Positions 47,920 through 60,400 of a stretch of DNA of 64,000 bases are shown here, one piece after another. The notes under the pieces are model-generated. The model had not been told where the DNA came from. It saw only the letters and a list, made by a program, of their open reading frames with translations, and did no database searches. Position numbers and translations under genes: made by a program. Source of the stretch: Okamejei kenojei (Eukaryota); assembly GCA_035221665.1 (NCBI GenBank), contig CM069133.1, positions 137,578,001 to 137,642,000 of the forward strand. Reading direction: 5' to 3'. Every line of letters starts with the position of its first letter. The first letter of the stretch is position 1.

Positions 47920-49260
47920 TTTATTATCATAAGAACGGGTATGATGAAAAGCTTGCTTTGGGGTAGAGAAACAAGGAGACTTGGACAACAAACGGAACAT
48001 AAATTATCTCTAAGTTCTGCATAAATTATACATGACAGTGAAAAGTAAAAGACTGAAACAAGACATTAGTGCAAAAACAGAATTGGAGAGAAAGTCCATG
48101 ATGGTGCAAGAGTATTAGAAACGTAGACAATAGGTGCAGGAGCAGCCCATTTGGCCCTTCGAGCCTGCACCGCCATTCAATATGATCATGGCTGATCATC
48201 CAACTCTGTATCCTGTACCTGCCTTCTCTCCATACCCCCTGATCCCTTTAGCCACAAGGGCCACATCTAACTCTCTCTTAAATATAGCCAAAGAACTGGC
48301 CTCAACTACCTTCTGTGGCAGAGAATTCCAAAGATTCACCACTCTCTGTGTGAAAAATGTTTTTCTCATCTTGGTCCTAAAAGATTTCCCCCTTATCCTT
48401 AAACTGTGACCTCTTGTCCTGGACTTCCCCAACATCGGGACCAATCTTCCTGCATCTAGCCTGTCCAACCCCTTAAGAATTTTGTACGTTTCTATAAGAT
48501 CCCTTCTAAATTCTAGCGAGTACAAGCCGAGTCTATCCAGTCTTTCCTCATATGAAAGTCCTGACAACCCAGGAATCAGTCTGGTGAACCTTCTCTGTAC
48601 GCCCTCTATGGCAAGAATGTCTTTACTCAGATTTGGAGACCAAAACTGTATGCAATACTCCAGGTGTGGTCTCACCAAGACCCTGTATAACTGCAGTAGA
48701 ACCTCCCTGCTCCTATATTCAAATCATTTTGCTATGAATGCTAACATACCATTCGCTTTCTTCACTGCCTGCTGCACCTGCATGCCTACTTTCAATGACT
48801 GGTGTGCCATGACACCCAGGTCTTGCTGCATCTCCCCTTTTCCCAATCGGCCACCATTCAAATAATAAAAGACTATTCTGTTGTTGGTGTAGGATTAGGG
48901 CTGTGCAGGTCAATTTACAAACTTGATGGTTGTAGGAGATTTGACCAACAACAGTGGTGTTTTTAATTTCTAGAGGCATTATAGCTGCGCTTAGCCACAC
49001 AGCCATGGGTGTAAAGAAGGTAGGGTAGTGGACTGAACACACAGCCCTTAAGTGCACCTGTGGTGATGGTCAGTGCGGAGGAGATGATGTTACAGATCTT
49101 GCATTGATGCTGCTGGTGATATTTAAAGCCGTGTCAATGTTAGCAATCAAAAAACACTGGGTAGCAAGGTATGGGGATGGCTTTGATGGTCAATATGTTT
49201 GATAGTGAATGAAACAAGAATAACAGCGTATCAGTCAAACGGTGACATTTTTGCTATGGA
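47920..49260 (-). mobile_element. Old Rex1/Babar LINE remnants, split by CR1 at 48115-48866
   Basis: About 49040-49100(-) translates ISSALTITTGALKGCV, a degenerate GAPQGCVL; 3' UTR-like sequence lies on both sides of the CR1. Confidence 0.5.
48115..48866 (-). mobile_element. CR1 3' fragment
   Basis: ORF 48196-48678(-) VRPHLEYCIQFWSP...TRGHSLRIRG. Confidence 0.95.
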
Positions 49261-49431
49261 GAGATTCGTAATCTGGAATTATTGAATAATATATTCAACT
49301 TCAAGAACTGGTCATTATAAGATGAGTTTTCTGCTGCGGAATTAATTTAATTTTCTCTGCCATTTGAAGAATAATGACTTTTTCCAGAGCGATCAATCAC
49401 TATTGGAATGCTTTTTTTTATCTATTGTCAA

Positions 49432-50468
49432 ACAATGTTACAAGATTTTGAGATTTAAAAAATCAAGTCTGCAATTTATTCCATCAGATAAAGCATAAAA
49501 AGTTTAATTTGACACCTAATTCACTTTCATATCTTCAGTATTAAAACATTTATGGCCATTTTCATACTCGGAAATTAGCATCTTGTTCCCGATTGCTTTT
49601 CCATTGACTTAACTCAAAAGCTGTGATCGAGGACAGTCAAATGCCCATAACTTTGTTAAAAATTAAGAGAACTGAAAGAAATTTTCAGTTATTATAGATT
49701 GTTTCATATTTGTTTCAGAATGCTTCAATCTTACTTGGATGACCTGAAATTAAAGCATATAATGAGTTAGTTACCTACTTGTAGCTAATTACAAAATTCA
49801 ATTACTAGATTTAAACATCTATCCATTTCTTAAGAAAAGGTTAACATTTTTAAATAGCCTAAGTGTCCAAATAACATTCACAAAATAATTCACAATATAA
49901 CATGATTTTTAAATCTCTGCCATGAATTTATAGGCCAAATGGAAGGAATTTAGTGTTTAATTCCCGCAAATTAATGGCCATTTAAATCATCATGCGAGTG
50001 TGATTTTGTGGAACGCGATCATTTGGAATGTTGCGGTTTGCGGTGAATTTAAACCCCATATCGGCAGGAAAAACACTGCCGGTTCATATGGGGCCTAAAT
50101 CACCTTTTCGCAACGTAAAATTTGGATTAAAGTAATCCTAAGAAGCAAGTTTATATGTAAAATAAACGGCTTACCGTTATTGGTCCCGTACGGGAGATCC
50201 GTCCCGTTGTCAGCGTTGACGGCGTTAGAAGTCGATTTTTATTTTACTCCAGCCATTAAATTGTCCAGTGATGTTTTAAAAAAACTTCAGAGAACGGATG
50301 TCGGAGCGATTTTTCTGCAGCAGCTGAACAGGCTGAGAAAGATCGACTCCGACAGGCAGGAGAAAACGGCATTTTAATCCCGCCCCCACTCAAAGGCGCC
50401 AAAGTCGCGCACACAGCCAGCGGCAGAACTGCAGCACCGCTGAAGGTAAGGTTTTGTAACATACCTAC
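49432..50468. mobile_element. Non-autonomous DNA transposon with 8-bp TSD and asymmetric subterminal inverted repeats (Zisupton-like)
   Basis: TSD ATTGTCAA at 49424-49431 and 50469-50476. Inverted ATGTTACAA lies 3 nt from the left end and 6 nt from the right end. Confidence 0.65.
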
Positions 50469-50526
50469 ATTGTCAAGCTTTTGGATTGGTTTTCATTATG
50501 CTATATTCAGAAATCAAGCATCCTGA

Positions 50527-50626
50527 TAGGATACTGAGTTGGATGATCAGCCATGATCATATTGAATTGCGGTGCAGGCTCGAAGAGCCTAATGGCCTGC
50601 TCCTGCACCTATTTTCTATGTTTCTA
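50527..50626 (+). mobile_element. CR1 3' tail
   Basis: ggatactgagttggatgatcagccatgatc..ctgcacctattttctatgtttctat. Confidence 0.85.
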
Positions 50627-50743
50627 TCTACTATATGTTTTAGTCTGTGCACTCTGTTGATAAATTTGCTTTTGGACAGATGAGTATTATAGTCCCAGTT
50701 TCAGCAAGCTGTGTCCAGAGATTTGAAGCAAATCTACCTATTT

Positions 50744-51258
50744 TGTCAACAAAATAGAGAGAGTACGGAGGAGATTTACTAGAATGTTGCCAGGGTTCCA
50801 GCAACTCTGTTACAGAGAAAGGTTGAACAAGTTAGGTCTTTATTCTTTGGAGCGCAGAAGGTTAAGGGGGGACTTGATTGAGGTCTTTAAAATGATGAAA
50901 GGGATAGACAGAGTTGACGTGGATACGTTTTTCCCATTGAGGGTAGGGAAGATTCAAACAAGAGGGCATGACATGAGAATTAAGGGACAGAAGTTTAGGG
51001 GTAACGTGAGGGGGAACTTCTTTACTCAGAGGGTGGTGGCTGTGTGGAATGAGCTTCCAGCAGAAGTGGTGGAGGCAGGATCGATTTTAACATTTAAGAG
51101 TAAAGTGGATAGGTATATGGACGTGAAGGGAATGGATGGGTATGGAGGGAATGGAGCAGGTAGATGGGACTAGGGGAAAACAAATGGTCAGCACGGACTG
51201 GAAGGGCCGAGAGGGCCTGTTTCCGTGCTGTAATTGTTATATGGTTATATGGTTATAT
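50744..51258 (+). mobile_element. CR1 subfamily A 3' fragment
   Basis: ORF 50784-51173 is near-identical to the other subfamily A copies; tail gttatatggttatatggttatatg. Confidence 0.96.
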
Positions 51259-51360
51259 GATTCATATTGAACGTGTACCAGCAATGGCCAATGGATACCT
51301 AATGCTGGTTAAAGTTTAATGATGGTTGATCAGATGACGAGGGATAAAATTCTCAGCTAA

Positions 51361-51537
51361 TTAGTTTAGTTTAGAGATACAGCACAGAAACAGGCCCTTC
51401 TGTCCACCGGGTTTGTTCTGACCAGCAACTATCCTACACCCACTGGGGACAATTTTTACATTTGCCAAACCATTTAACCTACAAACCTGTATGTCTTTGG
51501 AGTGTGGGAGGAATCCGAAGATCTCGGTGAAAACCCC
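51361..51537 (-). mobile_element. HE1-type V-SINE, 3' half
   Basis: ttagtttagtttagagatacagcacagaaacaggccc..ctacaaacctgtatgtctttggagtgtgggagg. Confidence 0.8.
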
Positions 51538-53494
51538 AAGACAATTAGCCTTCAAGAGTTATACACTGATTCCCAAAATCTGATTAAAAGTGAGTCGTGG
51601 AATCCTGTATCACTTTACTTTTGGACTGACCCTTGAATTATAATACCTGTTTTTGTAGCAGCAAGCATCTCAACTATCCTTGCATCAATACAACCTGGTT
51701 GCTATGACTTATGCATGTGGTGCAAATGATCATGCCTCATTCTTTTCCCAAAAGTCTGTCTGCGGTGAGCCCTGGAACATCTAATGTTATCCACATCATG
51801 GCCTGAAACATTGGCCCATTATAAAAGTGCATCAACATCACAGGGTCTAATTTATGTTCAGAAGTCCCAGGATATGGTGTATCTACGTAAGCATACATTT
51901 ATGTGGAGACACCATCCCCCAATTCCCAATGGGTTTTACAGTTTCTCCCCACCCCCTCATTTTACTTGCTGAAAAAGTTCAAAAACTAATCAATGTAGTC
52001 CCTCGATGTTCCATTGTAATTAACAGTGCATTTACTGAATTCAAAGCTGTTAGGATTGCTATTGCCACTTTGTTGCAAAAAAAATGCTGGATGTGCAGAG
52101 CGTAATAACAGGAATCATAACGGGAACTAATTTGAAAGAGGCAACATTGCTTCTGGGCATCACAAAATCCAGTTCTTATCTGAATTCTAAATTTTCTTGA
52201 TTGATCAAAGCTGTCCATGCTTTAGTGCTGTGCAAACGTGCATGTTAATTATGCTTATTTCTTGCACTGCTAGACACTCTATGGTAATCCAGAAAAATGG
52301 GTAATTTTTGAAATGCGGTGAAATTACCTCCAGAGGAGACAGTCTTCTGCAGCATTATATGAAATTGCATTCTGATATCAATCGGGGGGTAAGAGATAAC
52401 AATCTAGCTAAAATCCATAGCTCCCAGCTGTAAACACATGATATAGTATGCAAGCTCAACAGAATTACTTTCTGAATAAGCTTTGTCCTAATACCAATAA
52501 ATTATCATTATTTATTCCTTTATTTTGTTGGCTATGTCTCCACTGCATAAATAGATGATAAAATTATCTCTTAGCCATGTTTTGGCTGGTTCACTGCAAA
52601 GCTTCAGAATTTTATTTCCGGATAAATTTGGGTGCAATTTGCTGCTGGAGAATTGCAAAGCTCTATAACCTGACATGATGCCATTTTTCACTAATGCCTC
52701 CATTAGTAAGAAGCTTAAAATCAGTCGCCAAAGTCGAACATCAATTAAAGTGATTAAATAATTAGTGCTGAAGGGTGAGGGATCTCTCCATTAAGATACT
52801 AAAGAATGAATATGGAAGAACAAAATTGTTGCTCAGGATTTTAAATGTTTTAATAATACATACACACTTCATACATGTTATAATTAAATGACTTTCTTTG
52901 CTCTTCACATACTAACTGATCTAACAGTATCCCTGATCAGTATTTTCTGAGGTATGGCTAACATTGATTATTCAAAAATACACCATTTAAAAGAAATGTT
53001 ATTTCATGTTTTCTTCCATCCAGAATTTAAACAAAAAAAACAAAGCTTTGGAGATATCAGCCAGGTAGTATTAGTTGCGAGGAAGAAATTGAGTTAGCAT
53101 TTCTGGTCAGAGAGCTTGCATTTAAATGAGAAAAATAGATAAGTGGGTTCCTTCATGTTGTAAAAGGGTGTGGTGGAGGAAGGGAGAATTTGGGGCTTCT
53201 GGATATGCAGGGAATGGAGGAATATGGATGGTGTGCAAGTTGAGAAGATTAGTTTAAATTATTAGCATCATGTTTGCCACAGATACTGTGGGCAAGGGGC
53301 CTGTACCTGTACTGTTCTGTTCTATGTTTTAGAAAATAAAGAATGAAAGTGTGATCCACAGCGGAATTCATGACAAAGGGATTTTGTACATCATGCTTTA
53401 TATGTTATGAGATAGAAGGAGACTTTTCAGCTGATTGAACCTATCTTGGCTTTGAGAGCAATTCCATTCCTCTCCCTACTTCTCAACTATACGT

Positions 53495-53680
53495 GCTGGA
53501 AAACCTGAAATAAAGACAAAATGCTATAATCTGAGCAAGTCAGGCAGCATTTTTGGAACGAAAAACAGAGTTAATGTTTCAGGTCAAATGCTTTGGTTGT
53601 AAGCCTTCAGCCTGAAATATTAATGCTGTTTCTCTTTCAACAGATGCCGTCCAAGGCCTTTAGTGTTTCCAGCATTGCCT
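53495..53680. mobile_element. Old fold-back PLE derivative
   Basis: gtcaggcagcat..gttaatgtttcaggtc / cctgaaatattaatg..cagatgccg. Confidence 0.55.
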
Positions 53681-53759
53681 GCTTGTATTTCGCTTATTTC
53701 CCTGTAACCTTTTCCCTCCCACGTGCCTTTCAACTCCCCCTGTATCCTCCACCACACAC

Positions 53760-53920
53760 CTCTACAAGCGTAGTTTATAGTAGCCAATTAATCTACAAAT
53801 CAGCATGTCAGCGGAATGTGGGAGGTAACCAGGGAGACCAATACGTTTCTAGGAAGAACAAACAACCTCCACATATGGCACTGGAGCGCAGAATTGAACC
53901 CTGTGCCAATGTGCCACCCA
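53760..53920 (-). mobile_element. Old V-SINE remnant
   Basis: gccaattaatctacaaatc..ggaatgtgggaggtaaccagg..gaattgaaccc. Confidence 0.55.
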
Positions 53921-54099
53921 TGCCCGATGATGCAGAGCGAAGGAAGGTGGTAGTGGAACAATAAGGGAGCAATGTCATTCTGAAGGGAGTGTCCTGGGGA
54001 AGCAGAATACCTTTAAATCTGGCAATGCTGTAAATCTGAAGGTCAGATTCACTGATTATCTGCAATTGATGAGCTCTATATTGAATCTGGAAGGCTGTC

Positions 54100-54580
54100 A
54101 TGTGACTAACGTGCTCTGCCCAATCCAGCACAGGCTGAGTGCTTCCTACCATTGAAAACATCTACACGAGAGGCTGCCTCAAACAGATGACATCTTTCAT
54201 CAACCACCCTTGCCATCTTGGCCAGGCCCTCTTTATCACTGCTAACGTCCAGCCAGATGTACCAAGGCCTGAGGTCCCACACCATCAGTTTCAAGGACAG
54301 CCTCTTTCTTACCACCATCATGTTCTTGAACTGACTTGCACAGCCCAAATCTGATGGAACACCAAACCATCCCTTGCAATACTATGGACATGTTATCTAG
54401 TTGTGCTTTGCGGTTTTTTTTTTAACAGTCTTTATCCCTTCACTGTCTTGTAGAATTTATATGCAATTTGTTTATTGTGTGTTGTCTAAGTCTATGCACC
54501 CGTGATGTTGCTGTGTGCAAGATTTACATTTTACATGTATGGTGAAGTAAAGAGACAATGACAATTAAGTTGACTTAACT
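54100..54580 (+). mobile_element. Rex1/Babar 3' fragment
   Basis: LPTIENIYTRGCLKQMTSFINHPCHLG..FKDSLF; tail tgacaattaagttgact. Confidence 0.75.
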
Positions 54581-54934
54581 CAAATGCATACTTTATCTGA
54601 ACAGCTTAGGAAGTGAAAGGCAGGGTTTGCCTTTCTCTGGGTTTGCCTACTCTGCTAAACAGTTGCCCAATTCATGTAAAAGGAGGAGGTAAAAGGAAAT
54701 GCGCTGCCACATTTTGGTTGCATGGGAAGATGCTATGGCAGTGATGAAGAAAGAAAGTGAACTATCATTATCCCAGAGGCAACAATCCTTCAGAATGCTA
54801 AATGGGAAAATGTATCTAGTGGTGGGGTGGATCTGGACGTGTTGGGTATTTCAAAAAGATGATCATCTGTTGTGATATGGTTCTGTGTGGGAAGAGAAGG
54901 GGTTAGAACAGAAGTGTGAAGGGGTCTGATAATT

Positions 54935-55053
54935 ATAGAAACATAGAAAATAGGTGCAGGAGTAGGCCATTCGGCCCTTCAAGTCTGCCATTCAATATGG
55001 TCATGGCTGATCATCCAACTCAGTATCCCTTACCTGCCGTCTCTCCATACCCC
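54935..55053 (-). mobile_element. CR1 3' tail
   Basis: atagaaacatagaaaataggtgcaggagtaggcc. Confidence 0.88.
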
Positions 55054-55377
55054 TTATGCTGAAGAAAAGGATGCCACATATGAAGCACTGGTATGGACGG
55101 GTGGCATCATCAAAACATATGTGATGGAAATGGAAATGGAAAATACAAGTGGAAAAGAGATTTGAAAGAGTGGAGTGATTACATTGGATGACTGCAGATT
55201 TTCTTCTGGGACCTGTACGGAAAGGGTGGCCATGCTCCAGCAGCATAGGAGATATTTTTCTCCTTTTTGGGCAAGAGAAGCAAATGGCACCAATACAGAC
55301 ATCAACAGTGGAAATCGAGATGAGGAAAGGAACGATAGGATTGAAACAGAAAATGTTCCACCCATTCCACAAAGATG

Positions 55378-55845
55378 TGGCGTGCTTGTACATCAGTCAC
55401 TGAAAGTAAGCGTGCAGGTACAGCAGGCAGTGAAGAAAGCGAATGGCATGTTGGCCTTCATATCAAGAGGAGTTGAGTATAGGAGCAAAGAGGTCCTTCT
55501 GCAATTGCACAGGGCGCTAGTGAGACCACACCTGGAGTATTGTGTGCAGTTTTGGTCTCCTGCTTTGAGGAAGAACATTATTGCTATTGAGGAAGTGCAG
55601 CGTAGGTTCACCAGGTTTGTTCCCGGGATGGTGGGACTGACAAGAATGGGTCGACTGAGCTTGTATTCACTGGAATTTAGAAGGATGAGATCTTAGAAAT
55701 GTATAAAATTCGTAAAGGATTGGACAAGCTGGAAGCAGGAAAAATGTTCCTGATCTTGGGGAAGTCCAGATCCATGGGTCACAGTTTAAGAATAAGGGGT
55801 AGGCCATTTAGGACTGAGATGAGGAAAAACTTTTTCTCCCAGAGA
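55378..55845 (+). mobile_element. CR1 ORF2 C-terminal fragment
   Basis: GVLVHQSLKV..VKKANGMLAFI..RPHLEYCVQFWSP. Confidence 0.92.
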
Positions 55846-56040
55846 CTGGAATGTTTTGATTCTGTTGTGGGGGGCGTTTGTATTGAATTCTATAATGTGT
55901 TGTGTCATTTTTCTTTTTTTTAATTTTTTTCTATGGATGTACGGAAAGGTAATTATTTATTTTATGTAAAGCACTTTGGTTTCAACGCAAGTTGATTTAA
56001 ACGTGCTATATAAATAAAACTTACTTACGTACTTACTTAC
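55846..56040 (+). mobile_element. L2-type LINE 3' end
   Basis: tgtaaagcactttg..aacgtgctatataaataaaa followed by a (CTTA)n tail, as typical of L2 termini. Confidence 0.7.
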
Positions 56041-56264
56041 AGAGAGGAGGGCTGGATCACTGACCGATCTGGAATTTTCACAATAAGTTTAGTGGCACAT
56101 GAAAATGTTTAGAATGTTATCAGTTTCTCCATTGTGAGTGAATGCTGGGTATATTGCTATCAATTTAGCTGTAATAACCCAATCAATTAGTATGATACCA
56201 GCACTGAATGCAGCAGGTAAATATGGTGGCATTATGCATTCCTTGGATTGGTGTGTTCTACAGG

Positions 56265-56480
56265 GAAACATAGACAATAGGTGCAGGAGTAGGCCATTTG
56301 TCCCTTCGAGCCAGCACCGCCATTCAATACGATCATGGCTGATCATCCTAAATCAGTATCCCGTTCCCGCTTTTTCCCTATATCCCTTCATTCTGTTAGC
56401 CCTAAGATCTATATCTAACCCTCCCTTGAAAATATCTAGTGAATTGGCCTCCACTGCCTTCTGTGGCAGATAATTCCACG
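56265..56480 (-). mobile_element. CR1 3' end
   Basis: catagacaataggtgcaggagtaggcc...ggcctccactgccttctgtggcag. Confidence 0.88.
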
Positions 56481-57589
56481 TCTAATATCGGGCACAAATA
56501 GTCAGTGGTTAAACTAAATGTATTTCTTCCTGTAATGTTACCAGAATTGACAGAGAGAAAACACATGGTGCTACTTTAAAAAAAAAAAAGAAATCAAGGC
56601 TGCTTCCATAAATAAACATAGAAAGTGAACGTTGTGCGTCTAGACTGAATTAAAACAAGATTTAAATACTTGAAGATGAGGCGCTTAGCAAAAAAGGCCT
56701 AGTGTAATGTGGTTAAAAAAATTGCTAACAGACAACTTGCTTGTGTTTCGTATTGTACAGAGTTCTCCGAAAATGGAGCAGGAAGCATCCGTGAAAGGCC
56801 AGCTCTTGCCTGCTAATGAACCTCTCATTAATGAGGAGCGTATGCCCCATTCTGAAGCTACCAAACAAACTAAAAAAGTGGATATTTATCACCCAGCTAG
56901 CCCTAACATTCGTCACCTTAATGAACAGAAGATGTTCAAGGAGCTCCACAGGCCTATACTCAGTAGAGAAGTGGGTAATAAATTTGAATCCATAGGGAGG
57001 CCTAACATAGTTCCTATATGCCCTGGACAATAGCAATTGTCACCCCATTTTGAAAGTGATCATAAATATAATGTGGAGGAATTGGTCACAATTTTTAAAC
57101 ATGGGATCCTATTGAAAGAGAAATTCTCAATGAACGATATTTGTTTATTTTTCAGGAAAAAATTGCAAGGCCAAAAGACTTTTAAAATCAGTATTTCTGT
57201 AAGGGGATGCTAGAAACCTAACACTTCTGCTTTTAGCCCATGGCTGGGATTCTCAAGTTCACATGTCAACATGGATAAATTGAAATATTTTCTATTGCTA
57301 TTTATTTTCTTCCCATGACAAAGCAACAACCCTGTACCCAGCGCTGAGTTAAAGAGCTGGCATTTGCACTGGTTAAGTGGCTCGCCATCTGTTTAGTGAA
57401 TGTCAACAGGATAACTATTCACTGGTGTGGGGTGATTGTGTTTCTTAGCTGTCAATAGTAATTAGATTGTGTTTTTTGAGGGAAAACATTGTAACAATTT
57501 CTAGTGTACCCATAACTTTGAGTTGTCTTCCACCCCAGGGACAGAAACTGTAGCCCCAAATGCTCTTGTTTATTTTATTTTAAGGGATA

Positions 57590-58251
57590 ATAGAGACATA
57601 GAAACATAGAAATTAGGTGCAGGAGTAGGCCATTCAGCCCTTCGAGCCTGCACCGCCATTCAATATGATCATGGCTGATCATCCAACTCAGTATCCCGTA
57701 CCTGCCTTCTCTCCATACCCTCTGATCCCCTTAGCCACAAGGGCCACATCCAACTCACTCTTAAATATAGCCAATGAACTGGCCTCAACTACCCTCTGTG
57801 GCAGAGAGTTCCAGAGACTCACCACTCTCTGTGTGAAAAAAGTCTTTCTCATCTCGGTCTTAAAGGATTTCCCCCCTTATCCTTAAGCTGTGACCCCTTG
57901 TCCTGGACTTCCCCAACATCGGGAACAATCTTCCTGCATCTAGCCTGTCCAACCCCTTAAGAATTTTGTAAGTTTCTATAAGATCCCCTCTTAATCTCCT
58001 AAATTCCAGAGAGTATAAACCGAGTCTATCCAGTCTTTCTTCATAAGACAGTCCTGACATCCCAGGAATCAGTCTGGTGAACCTTCTCTGCACTCCCTCT
58101 ATGGCAATAATGTCCTTCCTCAGATTTGGAGACCAAAACTGTACGCAATACTCCAGGTGTGGTCTCACCAAGACCCTGTACAACTGAAGTAGAACCTCCC
58201 TGCTCCTGTACTCAAATCCTTTTGCTATGAAAGCTAACATACCATTCGCTT
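57590..58251 (-). mobile_element. CR1 3' fragment, young (near-identical to 30289-31179)
   Basis: ORF 57860-58240(-); tail atagagacatagaaacatagaa. Confidence 0.96.
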
Positions 58252-58665
58252 TACTAATATTACATCGAAGTACAATGCAGTCACGGCACAGAAGTAGGGG
58301 AAATGAACGAATAAATGAATACGTTTATTGGCCAACTATTCACCTACAAGGAAATTGCCTTGGTGCACTGGCCTTGCACAGTGAATCTCTTCCTCCTTTT
58401 CCATTTCTGCCCGTTTCTCTCCTCATCCCGCCATGAATTGGCATTGTCCCTCTAACTTCCTGATATTGCTCCTGGGGCAGAAACTGATGGTTTAAGGCTA
58501 CCGTCACTTTGAGAAACAATGTACACCTATGTTGCTATATAGCACCATTGTCTCTTGCTCCCAGATACCTTCTTAGTACAGTATTATAAATTTAAGGATA
58601 ACATGAAGGCATCACTACTTTTACTTTACTGATTTGAGTCTTATGATCTTGGGTGCCAAATCAAT

Positions 58666-58911
58666 CACGTTTATAGATACCCCCAATGTTGTCTTGTTGG
58701 AACAAACTGATCAAAATTCCATACTGAAGCCATTGTATGCTTGTATGCTGAAACGATCGTGTTCTGTGCTCTTTATTATTGCGACCACTGTAGCATTTGG
58801 TGCACGTGACAAATAAATGTATCTAGTAAATCTTCTCGTACCTCTGCTCTCCAGATTGACATAACTGTCTTCAAAATGTGACATTGCTACTAATAGTGAA
58901 GATACAGATAC

Positions 58912-58962
<51 letters not shown>

Positions 58963-59027
58963 AAGGTGCAATGCAGTTTCCATCAGTTTGTTCTAACAAG
59001 ACTACATTAGGGGTATCTATAAACATG
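58666..59027. mobile_element. MITE-like element with about 46-bp TIRs and an internal (TG)n(AG)n tract
   Basis: cacgtttatagatacccccaatgttgtcttgttggaacaaactgat versus atcagtttgttctaacaagactacattaggggtatctataaacatg (4 mismatches); no clear TSD. Confidence 0.7.
58912..58961. repeat. Compound (TG)n(AG)n microsatellite
   Basis: Read directly from the sequence. Confidence 0.95.
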
Positions 59028-60049
59028 CCTTGTCTTCATCTCGCTTGTTAACTGTACTTTCCCATGATGATCAAAGGAGGGCTGTATCTGCCTCTGATTA
59101 CAACCTAATGCTATTTTGTCATTAGAATGAGATCTAATTTCCTTGTTTCACTTCTCCTTTTAAAGGCCATATGTTAATGTATCTCTCTATACAACTGAGC
59201 AGTGCATGAGTGGTTATCAGTTTCTTATAAAATGCACCCATAGACATTACTCAACTTAAGGATGTCTACCTAACTAAAGCCACAGAAAGGTCAGATTCTT
59301 TGTACAGATTCTCTACTGAAAGCAACAAAAAAAAGTTAGGAGCTGACTGGTTAACTCAGTGGGACTGCATCACCCTGCAAGTAACTCATGTAATGTTATA
59401 TGCACACAGTGAATTACCTTGTAATATGAAGATAGGTGTTCTGTTTTTGTGTTTTGAGAACATTGTAAGATCATTTTGTGATGGGACAACCAATGTGTGT
59501 GGTGGGGTGGTTTATCCAAGTCTTTTATGTGCAGGTAGTGTGCCGACATTGTATTGTCTGCTGATTACCATGAATGTCGCTAACTGCTATTGACCGGCTG
59601 CCTGCTTTATCATGGGATCAATACATGAATGGTGAACACCACCCAAAGCTTGCTTGCAGCGGTTATGAAAACCCCGCTCTAAGAGTGTTCTGCAGCAAGT
59701 CAGCCCCAGAATCACATCAACTAACTTCCCTTACAACACCGATGCAGATTTGCATGAATATTCCTAATGCAGAAAAGACATGTGTCAAGAAATCTGTGCT
59801 GTAACAGCAACAAGGATCAACCATCTCGGAGAGTAAAATATTCCTCTTACAATATTAGACCAAAGAGGAATGAGGAGAGTGCAAAATGAGCATTTATAGC
59901 AAGATTATTTTTAACAGTGGAGCTGGAGCTTCATGATAAATAATGTCCTTAAGTGCCAGGAGCCATTTCTAATGTGGAATGAGATTAGAGATCCCACAAA
60001 GTCAGCTGGGTAAGTATTGCAGTTGTAAGTGCCATTAATCTATGTGCTC

Positions 60050-60400
60050 TCTAGGAGGTGCAGCATCAAAAAGGCAGCCAGCATCATCAAGAACCCACAC
60101 CACCCTGACCACGCTCTCATTTCATTCGTGCCATCAGGAAGAACATATAGGAGTCATAAACTGAAACATCCAGGTCAGGAGCAGCTACTTCCCAATAACC
60201 ATCTATGAACAAAAATACTATGAACTTAACTCCGAACTACAAACTGCATTGATTGTATTATGGACTTGTGGCATTTTTAACTATAATGTGCTATATTATT
60301 TATATTTAAACATCTACTGAATACTATGTTTACATACCTGCAAGTGTAGAATTTAATTGATCTGTTTTGGGACATATGACAAAAAAACACTCTTGACTTT
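60050..60400 (+). mobile_element. Rex1/Babar 3' fragment
   Basis: IKKAASIIKNPHHPDHALISFVPSGRTYRS; tail gacatatgacaaaaaaacactcttgact. Confidence 0.8.
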
